Source: Polyangiales bacterium
Lineage (GTDB): Bacteria > Myxococcota_A > Polyangia > Polyangiales > Houyiibacteriaceae
Direction: 5' to 3'
Length of the DNA stretch: 31,918 nt
Assembly (NCBI GenBank): GCA_045106895.1
Contig: JBGCFM010000117.1
Coordinates: 1-31,918 of the forward strand
This document shows, one piece after another, positions 30,735-31,918 of the stretch. The notes beneath the pieces were generated by a model. That model worked only from the letters and a program-made list of their open reading frames with translations, was not told where the DNA came from and made no database searches. Made by a program: the position numbers and the translations under genes. Position 1 is the first letter of the stretch. Every line of letters begins with the position of its first letter.

Positions 30735-30767
30735 TTGAAAACAGAGGAGCCCAAGGGCCCCTCCGTT
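30735..30767 (-). terminator. Rho-independent terminator of the minus-strand protease gene
   Basis: Minus strand AACGGAGGGGCCC-TT-GGGCTCCTCTGTT followed by TTCAA; the stem is fully paired with two G-U wobbles on the minus strand only; 23 nt after the stop. Confidence 0.75.
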
Positions 30768-30790
30768 CTTCGTTGTTAGACTCGAGCGAA

Positions 30791-31918
30791 CTAGCGCGTC
30801 AGCTCAAGAGTCCAGCTGTTGAGCGTGCCTTCGTCGCTTGCTGCTTCGTCGACGACGGTCAGTGTCCAGGTGCCAGCAGCGTCTTCGCCGTTGAAGTCCG
30901 AGACCGCGAAGGTCTGCATGAACGCGGTGCTGGCGACGTCTGGGTTACGAACGAGTTCGACCACTGTGCCATCCTTCGAGAGGCTGATGACGGTGTCGCC
31001 GGGGAAGTCGTGAGTAAGGTTCACGGTCACGCGGGCTGCGCTGATGGAGCCGCCCTCGTCGACGACGATGTCGCTGGACGTTCCGTCCAGATCGTTGTCA
31101 GGAATGACGCGGAGGGAGTCGTTCGTGTAGGTCGCAACGTCGGGCATCATGTCGCAGTCGCCGGCGGCGCAGCGCGTGATGTCGAGGCCCCAGCCGCGGA
31201 TCGAACCCGTGTCGGCGTTGGCGGAGTCGATGACGCGGAGCGTCCAGGTGCCTTCCGAATCCATTCCGTCGAAGTCGCCGACGTCGTAGGTCTGAGTGAG
31301 GTTGTCTTCGCCGCCGCCCTGGTTCTCGTGGAGAACGACCATGCGGTCGTCCTTCTCAAGGATGACGCGGAGGTCGCCTTGGTAGGTGTGGGCGATGTTG
31401 ATGTTGACGGCGAGGCCACTGATGGTGCCAGCGTCGTCGACGACGATTTCGCTGGTGGCGCCGTTGGCGTCATTATCAGGAATCTCAATGGTCTCTGTGC
31501 TGACGTAGGAGCCAACGGGGTCGACGCAGCTTCGGTCGCCTTCGCAGTCGCTGTCTGCGCAGTCGATCATGGAGTCGCCGTCGTTGTCGCGACCATCGCC
31601 GCAAGCCTCGGCGAGCATCACTTCAGGAATGCCGCTGGCGTACGCCGAGAGGTGCTCGCTCACGTACTCGTAAGCGATCCAACCGTAACCTGCGCCGAAG
31701 GGGTTCTCTTCGGCCCAGCCGTCGCCCCAGCTGTTCTTGAAGAGGAAGAAGCCCGTCTGCATGATGGCTTCGCCGTTCTCGTCCACGGCCAAGTTGCCTT
31801 CGCCATCCACGGACTGAACCGAAAGGTTGTCGTCCCAGCCCACGAGGAGGAACGAGTGGCCCGCACGATGCTCGTTGCTCGAAGTCACGTCTTCAGGACT
31901 CGGCGCCAAAACGTAGCC
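30791..31918 (-). CDS. C1 (papain-like) peptidase C-terminal part, Cys/Asp-rich repeat and two proprotein-convertase P-domains (5' truncated by the window edge)
   Basis: GHSFLLVGW and FLFKNSWG (catalytic His and Asn of the papain clan); CGDGRDNDGDSMIDCADSDC; two IPDN...I.HTY.GDL...G.WTL.V.D....D.G....W.L P-domains. Confidence 0.88.
   Translation of the reverse strand, partial: GYVLAPSPEDVTSSNEHRAGHSFLLVGWDDNLSVQSVDGEGNLAVDENGEAIMQTGFFLFKNSWGDGWAEENPFGAGYGWIAYEYVSEHLSAYASGIPEVMLAEACGDGRDNDGDSMIDCADSDCEGDRSCVDPVGSYVSTETIEIPDNDANGATSEIVVDDAGTISGLAVNINIAHTYQGDLRVILEKDDRMVVLHENQGGGEDNLTQTYDVGDFDGMDSEGTWTLRVIDSANADTGSIRGWGLDITRCAAGDCDMMPDVATYTNDSLRVIPDNDLDGTSSDIVVDEGGSISAARVTVNLTHDFPGDTVISLSKDGTVVELVRNPDVASTAFMQTFAVSDFNGEDAAGTWTLTVVDEAASDEGTLNSWTLELTR

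Noticed and set aside
30139..30779. Several short overlapping ORFs in the sigma-protease gap (30196-30435, 30276-30779, 30139-30528, 30442-30738, 30533-30754)
   Set aside because: No motifs (no zf-HC2 anti-sigma HxxxCxxC), atypical composition, mutual overlap, and they cross long inverted repeats and a terminator.

Overview
GC-rich bacterial chromosomal segment. Gene content (TIGR02266-type PilZ protein, DNDGD/DC-repeat and P-domain protease, extensin-like protein, GYR-motif membrane proteins) suggests Myxococcota, probably Polyangiales/Sandaracinaceae-like; this is an inference. About 26 CDS. Housekeeping genes: partial DinG/YoaA helicase, folK, rhodanese, a coupled sthA-xseA-aroE run, hybrid histidine kinase, gabD, gyrB, ArnT/PMT-type glycosyltransferase, TetR plus ECF sigma, and a partial C1-type protease. 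Points of interest: (i) an XPB-like helicase plus DUF790/Bax1-like nuclease pair; (ii) a B-A-B-A tandem array of four GIDE-like membrane proteins with duplicated promoter-like spacers; (iii) a 158-bp TA-flanked hairpin MITE inserted into the glycosyltransferase stop codon; (iv) a 580-bp non-coding, strongly structured region after the ECF sigma gene, with a 31-bp inverted repeat; (v) repeated leaderless-type promoter architecture; (vi) a tandem pair of PH-like membrane paralogs and a recurrent [G/S/P]YR motif. No CRISPR array, tRNA, rRNA, transposase or reverse transcriptase was seen. Family assignments come from motif recognition by eye, not database searches.
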